Shown here: piece by piece, positions 51,917 through 62,200 of the stretch
Position numbering within the stretch: the stretch's first letter is position 1
Layout: the number at the start of each line of letters is the position of its first letter
NCBI GenBank assembly: GCA_027339965.1
Contig: DAHWNL010000015.1
Span: forward strand, 1-64,000
Length of the DNA: 64,000 bases
Direction of reading: 5' to 3'
Source: Granulicella sp.
Lineage (GTDB): Bacteria > Acidobacteriota > Terriglobia > Terriglobales > Acidobacteriaceae
Notes under the pieces: generated by a model
What the model saw: only the letters and a program-made list of their open reading frames with translations
Databases searched by the model: none
What the model was told of the DNA's origin: nothing
Position numbers and translations under genes: made by a program

Positions 51917-53056
51917 CTACCGAGCGTGGGCCAGGATGAGGCAGAAGGCGCCGTCGGAGTCCTGGAAGCTGCGCCGGGGATGGAAGCCGGCGCGAATGAG
52001 CAGATCGTCCAGGACTCCGCTGCGGAACTTGTAGCTGTTCTCCGTATGGATCGTCTCCCCGGCTGCGAAGGGGATGCGGTGCGGTTGTCCCCCGGCGGGG
52101 ATCTCAATGGTCTGGCGGATGCGACTCTGCAGATGCATCTCGATGCGGCTCTCGGCAGTATTCCATCGAGCGAGGTGCTGGAAGCTGCTGGGAGTGAAGT
52201 TGGCCCCCAGCTCGCGATTGAGACGGACGAGAATGTTGCGATTGAAGGCCGCAGTGACGCCGGCGGCATCATCGTAGGCGCGGAGAATGGTCGAGACCGG
52301 TTTGCGGTTGTTAGGAGCCAGATCGGCGCCGAGCAGAAGAGCGTCCTTGCGCTGAAGGCGGGAGCGTAGACGGACGAGAATCTCTTCTGCCTCGACTGGA
52401 GAGAAGTTGCCGATGCTGGATCCGATCCAGAGAACCAGCCTGCGAGGCCGGAGAGTGGCGCTGAACGAGGATCTCTGTGCCGCGAAAGACCCGTGCGGGG
52501 CAACGTTTTGGGCAGGCTTCAGGGAGTAGTTCCCACTGACGTAGTTGGCGGCCTGGGGTAGTACCGTGAGGCCGGGCATGGCGGCGGTGAGGGCCTCAGC
52601 GGCCTTGGCCATGGCGGTGGGGCTGACGTCGATGGGCTGATAGAGCAGCCGCGGTTGAACTTCGATCGCGGCCTGCAGCAGCAGGCCGGTTTTAGCGGAA
52701 GAACCTGCGCCGAGTTCCGCGATTGTAAAGGGAGTGGGTCGGGGGAGTGGAGCGTCGTGGACGCCGGGAAAGAGAAACTCACGCAGGATCTCCCTGGCGT
52801 GGGCCGCAAGCAGGGAGCGTTCGGTACGAGTGAGATAGTATTCGGGCAATTCGGTGATCTGCTCGAAGAGGTCAGAACCCTGCTGGTCATAGAAGAGCCA
52901 TGGAGGAAGGGATCGGGGCTGGGAGGTGAGTCCGCGGAGAGCCTCGTTACGGATGGCGTCCGCGAGGCTGTTCGGGCTCCCGTCTGGGCTCACGGCTGGG
53001 CCGCCATTTGGAAACACACTCCAAGCAGACTGATTGGCAGAGATCGAAGCCTTCAT
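51917..53056 (-). CDS. egtD: L-histidine N-alpha-trimethyltransferase
   Basis: FYDQQGSDLFEQITELPEYY, ELGAG, GSSIGNF, AYDDAAGVTAAFN, HTENSYKF. Confidence 0.93.
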   Translation of the reverse strand: MKASISANQSAWSVFPNGGPAVSPDGSPNSLADAIRNEALRGLTSQPRSLPPWLFYDQQGSDLFEQITELPEYYLTRTERSLLAAHAREILREFLFPGVHDAPLPRPTPFTIAELGAGSSAKTGLLLQAAIEVQPRLLYQPIDVSPTAMAKAAEALTAAMPGLTVLPQAANYVSGNYSLKPAQNVAPHGSFAAQRSSFSATLRPRRLVLWIGSSIGNFSPVEAEEILVRLRSRLQRKDALLLGADLAPNNRKPVSTILRAYDDAAGVTAAFNRNILVRLNRELGANFTPSSFQHLARWNTAESRIEMHLQSRIRQTIEIPAGGQPHRIPFAAGETIHTENSYKFRSGVLDDLLIRAGFHPRRSFQDSDGAFCLILAHAR

Positions 53057-53149
53057 CGTTAACCGACGCCTCGTCGAACAACAGGTTGGGGTGGGGAGAA
53101 GACGGAATCTCGCTCCCGGAGGAGAGCAGCCAATCCCAAGGGAGAAGCC

Positions 53150-54574
53150 CTATGAAGCATCGCGAGCCAGTCGCAAGCCGCTGAACTGCCAACGGGTGGA
53201 GGGCGAAAAGAAGTTGCGGTAGGTAGCACGGATGTGCGCCTCGGGAGTGACGCAGGAGCCGCCGCGGAGAACCATCTGGGAGCTCATGAACTTGCCGTTG
53301 TACTCCCCCAGAGCTCCTGGCAGAGGTCTGTAACCGGGATAGCCGGTGTAGGGCGATTGGGTCCACTCCCAGACATCGCCAAAGAGCTGTTGGGGCTCGC
53401 TGAGGCCGAAGGAGGCGGGTTGGGGATGAAGCTGTCCGGACTCGATGAAGTTTTGGGGGCTCCCTCCTGAGTCTGCCGCCCCCCCTGCAGAGGTTCTGCC
53501 CTGGCGGTTAGGGCCTTCTTCTACCCTGGACGCGACGTACTCCCACTCGAACTCGGTGGGCAGGCGATAGCCGGACCATCGGGCAAAGGCATCCGCCTCA
53601 AAGTAGCTGAGGTGACATACCGGAGTCTCCGAGAGCTGGCCCAGAGGGAGAAGACCACGCAGGGTGAAGACGCTCCATCCGGAGGGCGTGGAGGAGTCCC
53701 CCACCCAGTAGAGGGGGGCCTGCCAGGCGTTGGCCTGGACGGCGTCCCAGCCCTCGGAGAGCCAGAGTTCGGGACGGGCATAGCCGTCGTCTTCAATAAA
53801 GGCGAGATATTCAGCGCAGGTGACCTCGCGCGAGGCCAGATGAAAGGGCGCCAGGTACACGCGGTGACGGGGGGTCTCATTGTCGAAGACGAAGGCATGA
53901 AGCTCATGCGGGTCGAGATTGGCTCCGATCTCCACGATGCCGGGGCGGAGTGGCGACCCCGGGGTGAAGCTGAGCCAAAGCAACGGCGGTGCCATGGCTT
54001 CGGCGAGACCAGCGCCGCTGAGGCCACCGGCGGCGGATTCGGAGCGATGACGAGCGGTGCCGTAGGCCGGGCGGAGCGGGTTGGTGAAGAAAGCGTGCTT
54101 GATGTCGGTAGCTGCCAACTCCAGATGCTGCTGTTCATGCTCGATGCCCAGGACGATGCGGCGCTGGGACTCGTCATCCGGGATACAGCAGAGCAGACGC
54201 TCGATCGCGGCATCCACGTGGCGGCGATAGGCCAGGATCTGCTCCAGAGAGGGTCGGGAGAAGGAGGAGCGCAGCTTCTTCTCCGGCATCTCTCCCAGGG
54301 CGCGGTAATAGGAGTTGAACAGAAAGCGGAAGCGGGGATCAAAGGGCTGGTAACCGGCAATAAACTCGCAGAGGACAAAAGCTTCAAAAAACCATGTGGT
54401 GTGGGCCAAATGCCACTTGACTGGAGAGGCCTCCGAGCAGGATTGCACCATCATGTCCTCCGGGGACAGAGGAGCGGTGAAGCGGAGGGTAGCTTCGCGC
54501 ACGGAGCGGAAGCGGTCAAGCAGCGCAGCAGTGCGGGCGTTCTGGGCGGAGGGATGCATTGGCTGGGTTTGCAT
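53150..54574 (-). CDS. egtB: Ergothioneine sulfoxide synthase
   Basis: SPVKWHLAHTTWFFE, FNSYY, HEQQHLE (iron-binding motif), FGE-like domain GDVWEWT...YNGKFM...RGGS. Confidence 0.93.
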   Translation of the reverse strand: MQTQPMHPSAQNARTAALLDRFRSVREATLRFTAPLSPEDMMVQSCSEASPVKWHLAHTTWFFEAFVLCEFIAGYQPFDPRFRFLFNSYYRALGEMPEKKLRSSFSRPSLEQILAYRRHVDAAIERLLCCIPDDESQRRIVLGIEHEQQHLELAATDIKHAFFTNPLRPAYGTARHRSESAAGGLSGAGLAEAMAPPLLWLSFTPGSPLRPGIVEIGANLDPHELHAFVFDNETPRHRVYLAPFHLASREVTCAEYLAFIEDDGYARPELWLSEGWDAVQANAWQAPLYWVGDSSTPSGWSVFTLRGLLPLGQLSETPVCHLSYFEADAFARWSGYRLPTEFEWEYVASRVEEGPNRQGRTSAGGAADSGGSPQNFIESGQLHPQPASFGLSEPQQLFGDVWEWTQSPYTGYPGYRPLPGALGEYNGKFMSSQMVLRGGSCVTPEAHIRATYRNFFSPSTRWQFSGLRLARDAS

Positions 54575-55017
54575 AGATTAACTCCAGTTCCGGTTGAATG
54601 CTTCTTCCACTCGATGCGGCGCTGGCAGGAGCGCTTCACAAAGAGCCAACTCTCCAGGAGCGGAGATGCTCGGCGAGCGCGGCGTCGTTGCAATGGCGGC
54701 AGCGCCGAAGCGCGGCGATCAGCGTGTACGGAGATGTGACAAGATGGTGCGCTGGAAGTTCCAAGGAGGTGGTGAGCCGACATTCGAAGGAGACACAGCC
54801 ATAGCTCTACCTGGTTCGAAGATCGAGGTCAAGAGATCGATAGCGTGGGCAACCATCGCGGAGCCGTTGGAGTCGCTCAGGAAGGGCTGCTCTCAGATTC
54901 CAGTTTACTGAACCCTGCCGGGAGCAAGTGAGAATTTTTGATGCCACATGCGTCTTCTGCGCGGCGATGCCGTCTTTGAAGTTATGGAAGCCGAACCGGC
55001 GGGAGAAGGAGCTTGAG

Positions 55018-55782
55018 ATGCGTTGCGCAGTGAGAGATGTGTTTCTGGGGATTTTGGCAATCGGCCTGGCGGCAGGACCAGGCGCCAGGGCGCAGGGCGG
55101 CGGGCAGGGATCGTACCGTGGCCGCGGCCCGTTTGCCGGGATGCAGCGCGAGCGTGGGGAGGTGACGGCGATCAACGGCGACACGCTGACCGTGACGACG
55201 GATGAGGGAAGCACCATCCAGGTGGTCACCACCGCAAATACCCGAGTGATGAAGGGGCGCGGGGAGATGATGAAGGTCGCCGACCTCAAAGCCGGCGATG
55301 GAGTGATGGCGGCCGGGATGCTGGATGCCTCCACGCATACGCTTCATGCCGCAGTTTTGTTTGTTGTGGATGCGGCCCAGATGCAGGCTATGAAGGAGAA
55401 CCTGGGCAAGACGTACATTGTGGGGCGGGTGACGGCCGTGGATCTGGACAACGCGCGGATGACAGTGGAGCGAACGGACCATGTGTCACAGACGATCGGG
55501 TTCGATGAAACGACCTCCTTCCGCAGGGGTGGCCGGATGGTGGGAGGGATGTTCGGAGCCGGGCCGGGCGGAGCCGGTTCAGGCCGATCGGGTGCGGCAA
55601 CTCCCGAGCCGGGCGGCGATAGCATCACGCTGGCCGATATCAAGGTGGGCGAGATGGTGCGGGGAACAGGCTCGGTCAAGAATGGAATCTTTGTACCAAC
55701 GGAGCTGGTGGTCATGGAGCGTGGACGACGCAGAGAGGGAGGCGGAGCCATGGGTGGAAGCGCTGCGCCGGTTCCGCAATAA
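55018..55782 (+). CDS. Exported DUF5666-like (tandem OB-fold) protein
   Basis: AAGGAG RBS; signal peptide; two GxVTA...ADxKxG repeats; Gly-rich linkers. Confidence 0.7.
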   Translation: MRCAVRDVFLGILAIGLAAGPGARAQGGGQGSYRGRGPFAGMQRERGEVTAINGDTLTVTTDEGSTIQVVTTANTRVMKGRGEMMKVADLKAGDGVMAAGMLDASTHTLHAAVLFVVDAAQMQAMKENLGKTYIVGRVTAVDLDNARMTVERTDHVSQTIGFDETTSFRRGGRMVGGMFGAGPGGAGSGRSGAATPEPGGDSITLADIKVGEMVRGTGSVKNGIFVPTELVVMERGRRREGGGAMGGSAAPVPQ

Positions 55783-55919
55783 GGCCGGCTACAAGTTGCC
55801 GAGCCCCCTGAGAACGAAGGGCAACTGACTGCGCAGTGTGGATCAGGTAAAGAAACATTCCATCCTCGGTGAGCTGCTGGCGGAACAGCGACGATCCACC
55901 AGCGGAAGGAGACGTCTAC

Positions 55920-58900
55920 GTGGAGGCGTGCAAGATCAAAGCGACCGTCAGTGCAGCGATGGGGCTAACGGTGAGCATCATGGGGTTGCTGCTGCATGGC
56001 GCCGCAGTTCTGGCCCAGAACCCGGCTGCCCAGACTCCAGCCGTTCAGGGCTCGGCTGCGGCCGGGCGCGCCGTTCTCCAGCGCAGCTCTGCGCAGCTCA
56101 CCTCTGCGGCGTCACGCAGCGCGGAGCCTGCGCCGCTCCAGGGCGTGCCCGCCAACGAAACTGCCGGCGGAGCCACTTTACCTGAGGACGGCAATCAGGG
56201 TGGGACCATTCAAGGCCGGGTGGTCGCCGGAGCCGTGGCCAAGGGCAGAGGAGTTCCCCTCCCCGGGGTCGCGATGACAGCGACCAACACGCTGACCGGA
56301 CGGAAGTATGCCACCACCACGGATATCGATGGCAAGTACGCGATGGCGATTCCGCGCAATGGGCGGTACGTGGTACGGGCCGATCTGATGGGCTTCGCCA
56401 CGGCCACGCGGGAGGTGGTGCTGAACGGAGTGGAGGCGCAGGCGGCAAAGCAGGGAATCAGAGTTCTGCCCGCGGTGACCGACTTTGGCTTGCAACTGGC
56501 GAGCCAGGTGGAAGAGGCGACCAGGCGAGAGGAACCGAACAGTAGCCGCAGTGCCGGATCTGGAACCCAGGGGCTCAGCCTGAGCTTGAGCAGCGAAGGC
56601 GGGCTGGATGCCACCATGGGCGAGCAGAATGCGGGTGTGGCTCTTCCAACCATGTTGGGAGCGGGCGATGAGGCGGAGGATTCTGTGACGGTGAATGGCG
56701 TTACCGGCGCGACCAACGGGTTGGCGAATCTCAGCGAAGAGGAGATTCAGCAGCGCATTCAGAACGCCATTGCGCAAGCTCGCGCCAGCGGCATGCTGCC
56801 AGCTGGAGGAAATCCCGCCACTGTGGCCGCCGGGGCGCTGGGCGGCATGATGGGCGGACCCGGCTTCAGGAGCGGACCTGGAGGCGCCGGCGGGAGGCCG
56901 GGAGGCTTTGGCGGCTTTGGCGGCTTTGGCCGCGGAGGATTCCGGAACTTCAATCCAGCGCAGCCGCATGGAAGCATCTTCTATCAGACCAGTAATGCGG
57001 CGCTTAACTCGGCCCAGTGGTCCCCTGATCTTCAGCCACAGACCAAGCCTTCCTCGTACACCAACAACTTTGGCGTGACGCTGGCCGGGTCGCCGTACAT
57101 TCCAGGGTTGATCAAGCCGAACATCAGCCAGTTCATGTTTTTGAATGTGACTGGACAGAAGAATCTGAACGCCTTTCTGGGCGGACCATCGCGGGTTCCC
57201 ACGGCGCTGGAGCGCCAAGGAAACTTCTCCCAGTCGACCCAGGTTGTCAACGGCGTGACGGTGCCGGTGGAGATCTACGATCCGAAGACCGGCCTGCCGG
57301 TCACGGACAATAATCTGGCCAACGCGACCACGCCCATGTCCGCCCAGGCGCTGGCGCTGTTGCAGTACTACCCGGCGCCGAATATCCCAACCAATGCGGA
57401 AGGATATAACTACGAGACGATCTCCAACGCGGGCAACAACCAGATTGCGATCAATACCCGCTATGTGCGCACGGTGGGGGGCATGGGCGGTTCGCCCTTC
57501 GCCTTCTTCCGGCAGAGGAACTCGAACCTGCCTCCATCGCTGAGGCAGAACATCAACCTCGCCTATCACTACTCGCACTCGGCCAGCGATCTGCGCAACA
57601 TCTTTCTTCCTCTGGGAGGAACCACGGCGACCGACGGCAACCTACTGAGCGCGGGATACACGTTAGGCTACGGGCGGTTCACCAACCACGCCACGGTGAC
57701 CTGGAACCGGCTGAACACCCAGACCCAGAATTACTTTACGAACACCTCCAATGATCCCTCCACGACGGTGGGCTTGACGATTCCAAATGCGGGCGGTGGG
57801 CTGACGGCGACGAAGTTCTATAACGGTCTGCCGACGCTGAACATCTCCAACTTTGCCACGCTCTCCAATACCACACCCACTCTGTTGACGAACCAGGCCA
57901 TCAGCATCTCCTACTTTGCGGCCTATCGTCATAGCAAACACAATCTGCGTATGGGATTTGACGTTCGGTGGGTACAGGCGAACGAGATCGGCAGCAGGGA
58001 TCCGCTGGGGCAGTTTACTTTTTCCGGTTACGCGACCGAGAGCCCGGCCGACCAGGCCCGAGGAAGTCGGGCGACGACTGGTTCGGGGTTTGCCGATTTT
58101 CTGCTGGGACTTCCGCAGAGTACAGCGATTGAGTCGCTGCTCAACAAGATTTATCTGCGCGAGAACGTTTTCGACTGGTTCGCTACGGATGACTTCCGGG
58201 CAGCCTCCAATCTGACGTTGAACTACGGGGTGCGGTACGAGTATTTTGCGCCCTATACCGAGAAGAACAACCGGATCGTCAACCTGGATCACAATGCGAA
58301 CTTCACCGAGGTGGATCCCGTAGAGCCAGGCGGCACGGGAACGTATGAGGGCAAGTTTCCGGCGGGGCTGATCAATCCAGACCGCACGATGTATGCTCCT
58401 CGGCTGGGTTTTGCGTGGCGGCCGACGGGAGCCTCCAACCTGGCCAACGGCAACAACGTGATCGGGGAGTTGGTGGGCAAGCTGCTGCAACACTGGGTGG
58501 TGCGCGGCGGATATGGCATCAACTACAACACCGGGCAGTTTGGGACCATCGCCAGGTCGCTGGCCTACCAGCCGCCGTTTGCCATCACGCAGACCAACGA
58601 TATCCCAGTCGCCAGCAGCGGGAATCCAACGCCGTCCGCCACCGGATGCGTTACCACCACTCCAACAACAACGGCTAATATGACGCTGGGTAACGGCTTT
58701 GGTTGCTCCACGGCGGAGTTGGTGGAGAACGATTATGCGGTGAACAAGAACTATCGGCTGGGGATGGTGCAGGCTTACAACCTGAATCTGCAACGGACGC
58801 TGCCGTTGCAGATCGTGATGAACCTGGGCTACAGCGGGGCAAAGGGAAGTGGTCTAGACGTTGTGGGCTCACCCAACAGCACCCCGGACGGAGTCCTGAC

Positions 58901-59663
58901 GCCCGGGATCTCCCCCTTTTCTTATGAGACCTCGGTGGCGGGATCCCATGCCAACTCGCTGGTGGTCAGCTTTCAGAAGCGGCAACAGAAGGGGATCTCG
59001 ATGGGAGTCACTTACACTTATGGGCATTCGATCGATGATGCGTCTTCCGTAGGCGGCTCAAGCGCCACCAGTGTGCAGGACTTCCGGAAGTTGTATCTGG
59101 AGGAGGGGAACTCATCGTTTGACATACGCCAGAGCGCCAGCGGCAATTGGCTCCTGGAACTTCCCTTCGGGCCCAACCGGAGGTTCTTCAACCAGGGCGG
59201 GTTCTGGTCGCGCGCACTGGATGGATTTTTACTGAGTGGGACGTTCACGTTCTCGACAGGTCAGTACTTCACTCCGTCCTACTCGGGCAGTCAGGCCGAG
59301 GCTGCTTCCGGCGGTCTGTTCACGCTGCGACCGGACCGAGTCTTCAGTGCGCCAATCAACGGAACGGGCAGAGTGAATGACTTCTTCAACAAGGCTGCCT
59401 TCACGGCTCCGGCGGGAGAGTATGGGACGGCTTCACGCGATTCCATTGAGGGGCCAGGCACCGTTTCCGTGGATGCATCGCTCTCGCGGCTCATGCAGTT
59501 CGCCGGAACCCGCTCCCTGGAGATGCGAGTGACAGCCGATAACGTCTTCAATACAGTGCAGTACAACCAAATCGATACGACGGAGAACTCGGCGAACTTT
59601 GGCGAGGTAACCAGCTCGGCTCCCATGCGGTCCTTGCTGGTCCAGGCACGCTACAGATTCTAG
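55920..59663 (+). CDS. Oar-like TonB-dependent receptor / beta-barrel outer-membrane protein
   Basis: AAGGAG then GTG; carboxypeptidase-regulatory N-domain; RVPTALERQGNFS, FADFLLG, LNYGVRYEY, APRLGFAW, NVFN...ARYRF. Confidence 0.9.
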   Translation: MEACKIKATVSAAMGLTVSIMGLLLHGAAVLAQNPAAQTPAVQGSAAAGRAVLQRSSAQLTSAASRSAEPAPLQGVPANETAGGATLPEDGNQGGTIQGRVVAGAVAKGRGVPLPGVAMTATNTLTGRKYATTTDIDGKYAMAIPRNGRYVVRADLMGFATATREVVLNGVEAQAAKQGIRVLPAVTDFGLQLASQVEEATRREEPNSSRSAGSGTQGLSLSLSSEGGLDATMGEQNAGVALPTMLGAGDEAEDSVTVNGVTGATNGLANLSEEEIQQRIQNAIAQARASGMLPAGGNPATVAAGALGGMMGGPGFRSGPGGAGGRPGGFGGFGGFGRGGFRNFNPAQPHGSIFYQTSNAALNSAQWSPDLQPQTKPSSYTNNFGVTLAGSPYIPGLIKPNISQFMFLNVTGQKNLNAFLGGPSRVPTALERQGNFSQSTQVVNGVTVPVEIYDPKTGLPVTDNNLANATTPMSAQALALLQYYPAPNIPTNAEGYNYETISNAGNNQIAINTRYVRTVGGMGGSPFAFFRQRNSNLPPSLRQNINLAYHYSHSASDLRNIFLPLGGTTATDGNLLSAGYTLGYGRFTNHATVTWNRLNTQTQNYFTNTSNDPSTTVGLTIPNAGGGLTATKFYNGLPTLNISNFATLSNTTPTLLTNQAISISYFAAYRHSKHNLRMGFDVRWVQANEIGSRDPLGQFTFSGYATESPADQARGSRATTGSGFADFLLGLPQSTAIESLLNKIYLRENVFDWFATDDFRAASNLTLNYGVRYEYFAPYTEKNNRIVNLDHNANFTEVDPVEPGGTGTYEGKFPAGLINPDRTMYAPRLGFAWRPTGASNLANGNNVIGELVGKLLQHWVVRGGYGINYNTGQFGTIARSLAYQPPFAITQTNDIPVASSGNPTPSATGCVTTTPTTTANMTLGNGFGCSTAELVENDYAVNKNYRLGMVQAYNLNLQRTLPLQIVMNLGYSGAKGSGLDVVGSPNSTPDGVLTPGISPFSYETSVAGSHANSLVVSFQKRQQKGISMGVTYTYGHSIDDASSVGGSSATSVQDFRKLYLEEGNSSFDIRQSASGNWLLELPFGPNRRFFNQGGFWSRALDGFLLSGTFTFSTGQYFTPSYSGSQAEAASGGLFTLRPDRVFSAPINGTGRVNDFFNKAAFTAPAGEYGTASRDSIEGPGTVSVDASLSRLMQFAGTRSLEMRVTADNVFNTVQYNQIDTTENSANFGEVTSSAPMRSLLVQARYRF

Positions 59664-59701
59664 AGCCAGAAGCGCAAAGGGAAGACGGCAGAAGGAGACA
59701 G

Positions 59702-61873
59702 ATGCGGCGAATCGTGGCATCGGCGTTGGCGATCATGATGGGTCTGGGCCCCGGCGCAGGATCTGCGTTGGGCCAGGGAGCGGGGCAGACGGCGCCGAGC
59801 CTGGCCCCCACGCAGAGTTCGGCGTCCGCGCAGACGGTGCAGAAGATGGGCGCCGGAACCTTCCGGATGAAGGTGAGCACAAACATTGTGCTGACCAATG
59901 TGGTGGTGCGGGATCGGAAGACAGGCGAGGTGGTGAAGGGGCTGAAAGCCAGCGACTTCCATATCTACGAGAACAAACGGGAACAGAAGATCATCAGCTT
60001 CGACTACGAGAACGTGGACCATGCAGTCACGCTGGCCGAGCAGACAACGGCTGAAGGAAGGATGTCTGTGGCGGATCTGCTGAACGGAAACTATGTGGCC
60101 GATCAGAAGATGTTGAAGAATCATCGCCTTATCGTGATCTTCTTCGATCTGAGCTCGATGCAGGATGAGGATATCGATCGCGCAGTGGACGCCGCTGAGC
60201 AGTACGTGAAGACCCAGATGCGGCCCGCGGATCTGGTGGCGCTGGTGAGCATGTCGACCGGGTTATCCCTGGACCAGGACTTCACCTCCAACAAGACAGC
60301 GCTGCTGCACGTGCTGGCCAATTACAACGGTACGGATGAGACCGGTTTCTCCAACGGCACCACCGGTTCCACCAGCGGAACGCCCGATGATTCGGGATCG
60401 TTTGCCGCCAACGACACCGAGTTCAACAGCCTGAATACGGACCGTGAGTTGCTCGCCATTCGCGCTATCGCCAAGAGCCTGGAGAAGACGGCGCAGCGCA
60501 AGTCCATGCTGTACTTTTCTGGCGGGCTGACCAAGAATGGCATTGAAAATGAGGCCAGCCTGAGGGCCGCAACCAATGAGGCGGCCAAGGCGAACATGGC
60601 CATCTACTCTGTGGATGCGCGGGGACTGCAAGCTCTCTCCCCGCTGGGAGATGCAACCCAGGGAAGCCTGCGCGGCAACTCAGCCTACAGCGGCGCAGCG
60701 GCGACGGCGCAGTTCAGCTCGAACTACAGCTCGCAGTCGACGCTGAGCACACTGAGTACGGACACCGGGGGCAAGGCATTCTTTGATGCGAATGACTTCG
60801 CTCCCGCCTTTGAGCAGGTTCAACACGATACGGAGGCCTATTACATTCTTGGTTTCCGGTCAACGAACCCGAAGATGGATGGCTCCTATCGGCACCTGCT
60901 GGTGAAGGTAGACCGGCCGGATGTGAAACTGGAGTACAGGTCTGGATACTATGCGGCAGCGGACTTCCGGCACCAGAAGAGCGAGGACCGAGAAGAAGCC
61001 CTGAACGAACAGATGCGCAGCGACCTGCCGGCAACCGATGTAGCGGTGTATCTGCAGGCGCTCTACTTCATGGAGGAGCGAAACATGTACTCCGTCCCGG
61101 TGAGCCTGATTGTGCCGGGCTCCCAGATTCCGTTTGTCAAAGGCGGCGACCGGGACAAGGCCGCGCTGGACATCTTAGGACAGGTGAAGAACGCTGAGGG
61201 CATTGTGGTTGGCAACGTGCGCCAGACGGTGAGGTTGGCCGTGAACCAGTCGCAGCAGGTTCGGCAGAAGAACATCGAGTACACGACGAACTTTAACCTG
61301 GCGCCGGGGCACTATCATTTGAAGTTTGTGGTGCGCGAAGATCAGACGGGAAACATGGGAAGTTTTGAGACCGATATCCAGGTTCCGGATCTGAAGAAGG
61401 CTCCGTTGAAGATGAGTTCGGTGCTGATCGCCAGCCAGAGAGTGCCCGAAAAGGACAAGTATGGCCAAAACCCGCTGGTGCGCGACGGTCTGGAGTGGGT
61501 ACCCAATGTGGCGCATGTCTTCCGCCAGGGGCAGCATCTTTACGTCCTGTACGAGGTGTATGACCCGGCGCAGGAGAAGGGTGCGCGGAAGGATCCGATT
61601 CGGGTGCTGACCAGCATCGAGTTCATGCGCAAGGGCACCAGGGTCTATGAGACACCGGTGGTGACAGCGCAGAAGGTGAATGATCCGGTACATAACGCGG
61701 CGGTCTTCCAGTTTGATGTTCCGGTAGAGCAGTTGAAGCCGGGAACCTACATCTGTCAGGTCAACGTGATTGACGATGCAGCGGCCAGCTTCAGGTTTCC
61801 GCGCCTGGCGCTGAAGGTGGAATCGACGGCCGCGCCAGCGCCCGCGGTAGCCGGGGTGGTAGGGACAAAGTGA
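59702..61873 (+). CDS. Acidobacterial-type VWA domain protein
   Basis: Signal peptide; VVVRD..G.VVKGL..SDF.IYE, FFDLSSM, QDFTSN, RKSMLYFSGG, TGGKAF, YYILGF. Confidence 0.88.
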   Translation: MRRIVASALAIMMGLGPGAGSALGQGAGQTAPSLAPTQSSASAQTVQKMGAGTFRMKVSTNIVLTNVVVRDRKTGEVVKGLKASDFHIYENKREQKIISFDYENVDHAVTLAEQTTAEGRMSVADLLNGNYVADQKMLKNHRLIVIFFDLSSMQDEDIDRAVDAAEQYVKTQMRPADLVALVSMSTGLSLDQDFTSNKTALLHVLANYNGTDETGFSNGTTGSTSGTPDDSGSFAANDTEFNSLNTDRELLAIRAIAKSLEKTAQRKSMLYFSGGLTKNGIENEASLRAATNEAAKANMAIYSVDARGLQALSPLGDATQGSLRGNSAYSGAAATAQFSSNYSSQSTLSTLSTDTGGKAFFDANDFAPAFEQVQHDTEAYYILGFRSTNPKMDGSYRHLLVKVDRPDVKLEYRSGYYAAADFRHQKSEDREEALNEQMRSDLPATDVAVYLQALYFMEERNMYSVPVSLIVPGSQIPFVKGGDRDKAALDILGQVKNAEGIVVGNVRQTVRLAVNQSQQVRQKNIEYTTNFNLAPGHYHLKFVVREDQTGNMGSFETDIQVPDLKKAPLKMSSVLIASQRVPEKDKYGQNPLVRDGLEWVPNVAHVFRQGQHLYVLYEVYDPAQEKGARKDPIRVLTSIEFMRKGTRVYETPVVTAQKVNDPVHNAAVFQFDVPVEQLKPGTYICQVNVIDDAAASFRFPRLALKVESTAAPAPAVAGVVGTK

Positions 61874-62200
61874 CCCGATCGAGAGTGCGGCTCCGCCCGA
61901 GCTCCGATCATCTTGCGCCCGGAAATTGCTATGCTCACCGGGGAGGCGTTTGAGGGAGAAGCAGGAGCCGGGTTGAAGACCCGATGCAAGAGTCAGAAAC
62001 GCGCTCTTGGGCTGCGCGAGCAGCGGGGCCCCACATCGCAAAAGGCGAGAAGCAGGATGCCCACCATTCACCGCTGGGCAGAGAGTCTGCAGGCGGGGTC
62101 CGGCCGGCCCGCTAACCTACCAAAACTTGGAGCTGAGAAAGCGTCAGCAGCCGTACACTGTGCTAAGCCGAAGATTGGCGCAAGGCAAGGAGGGTCTCTC

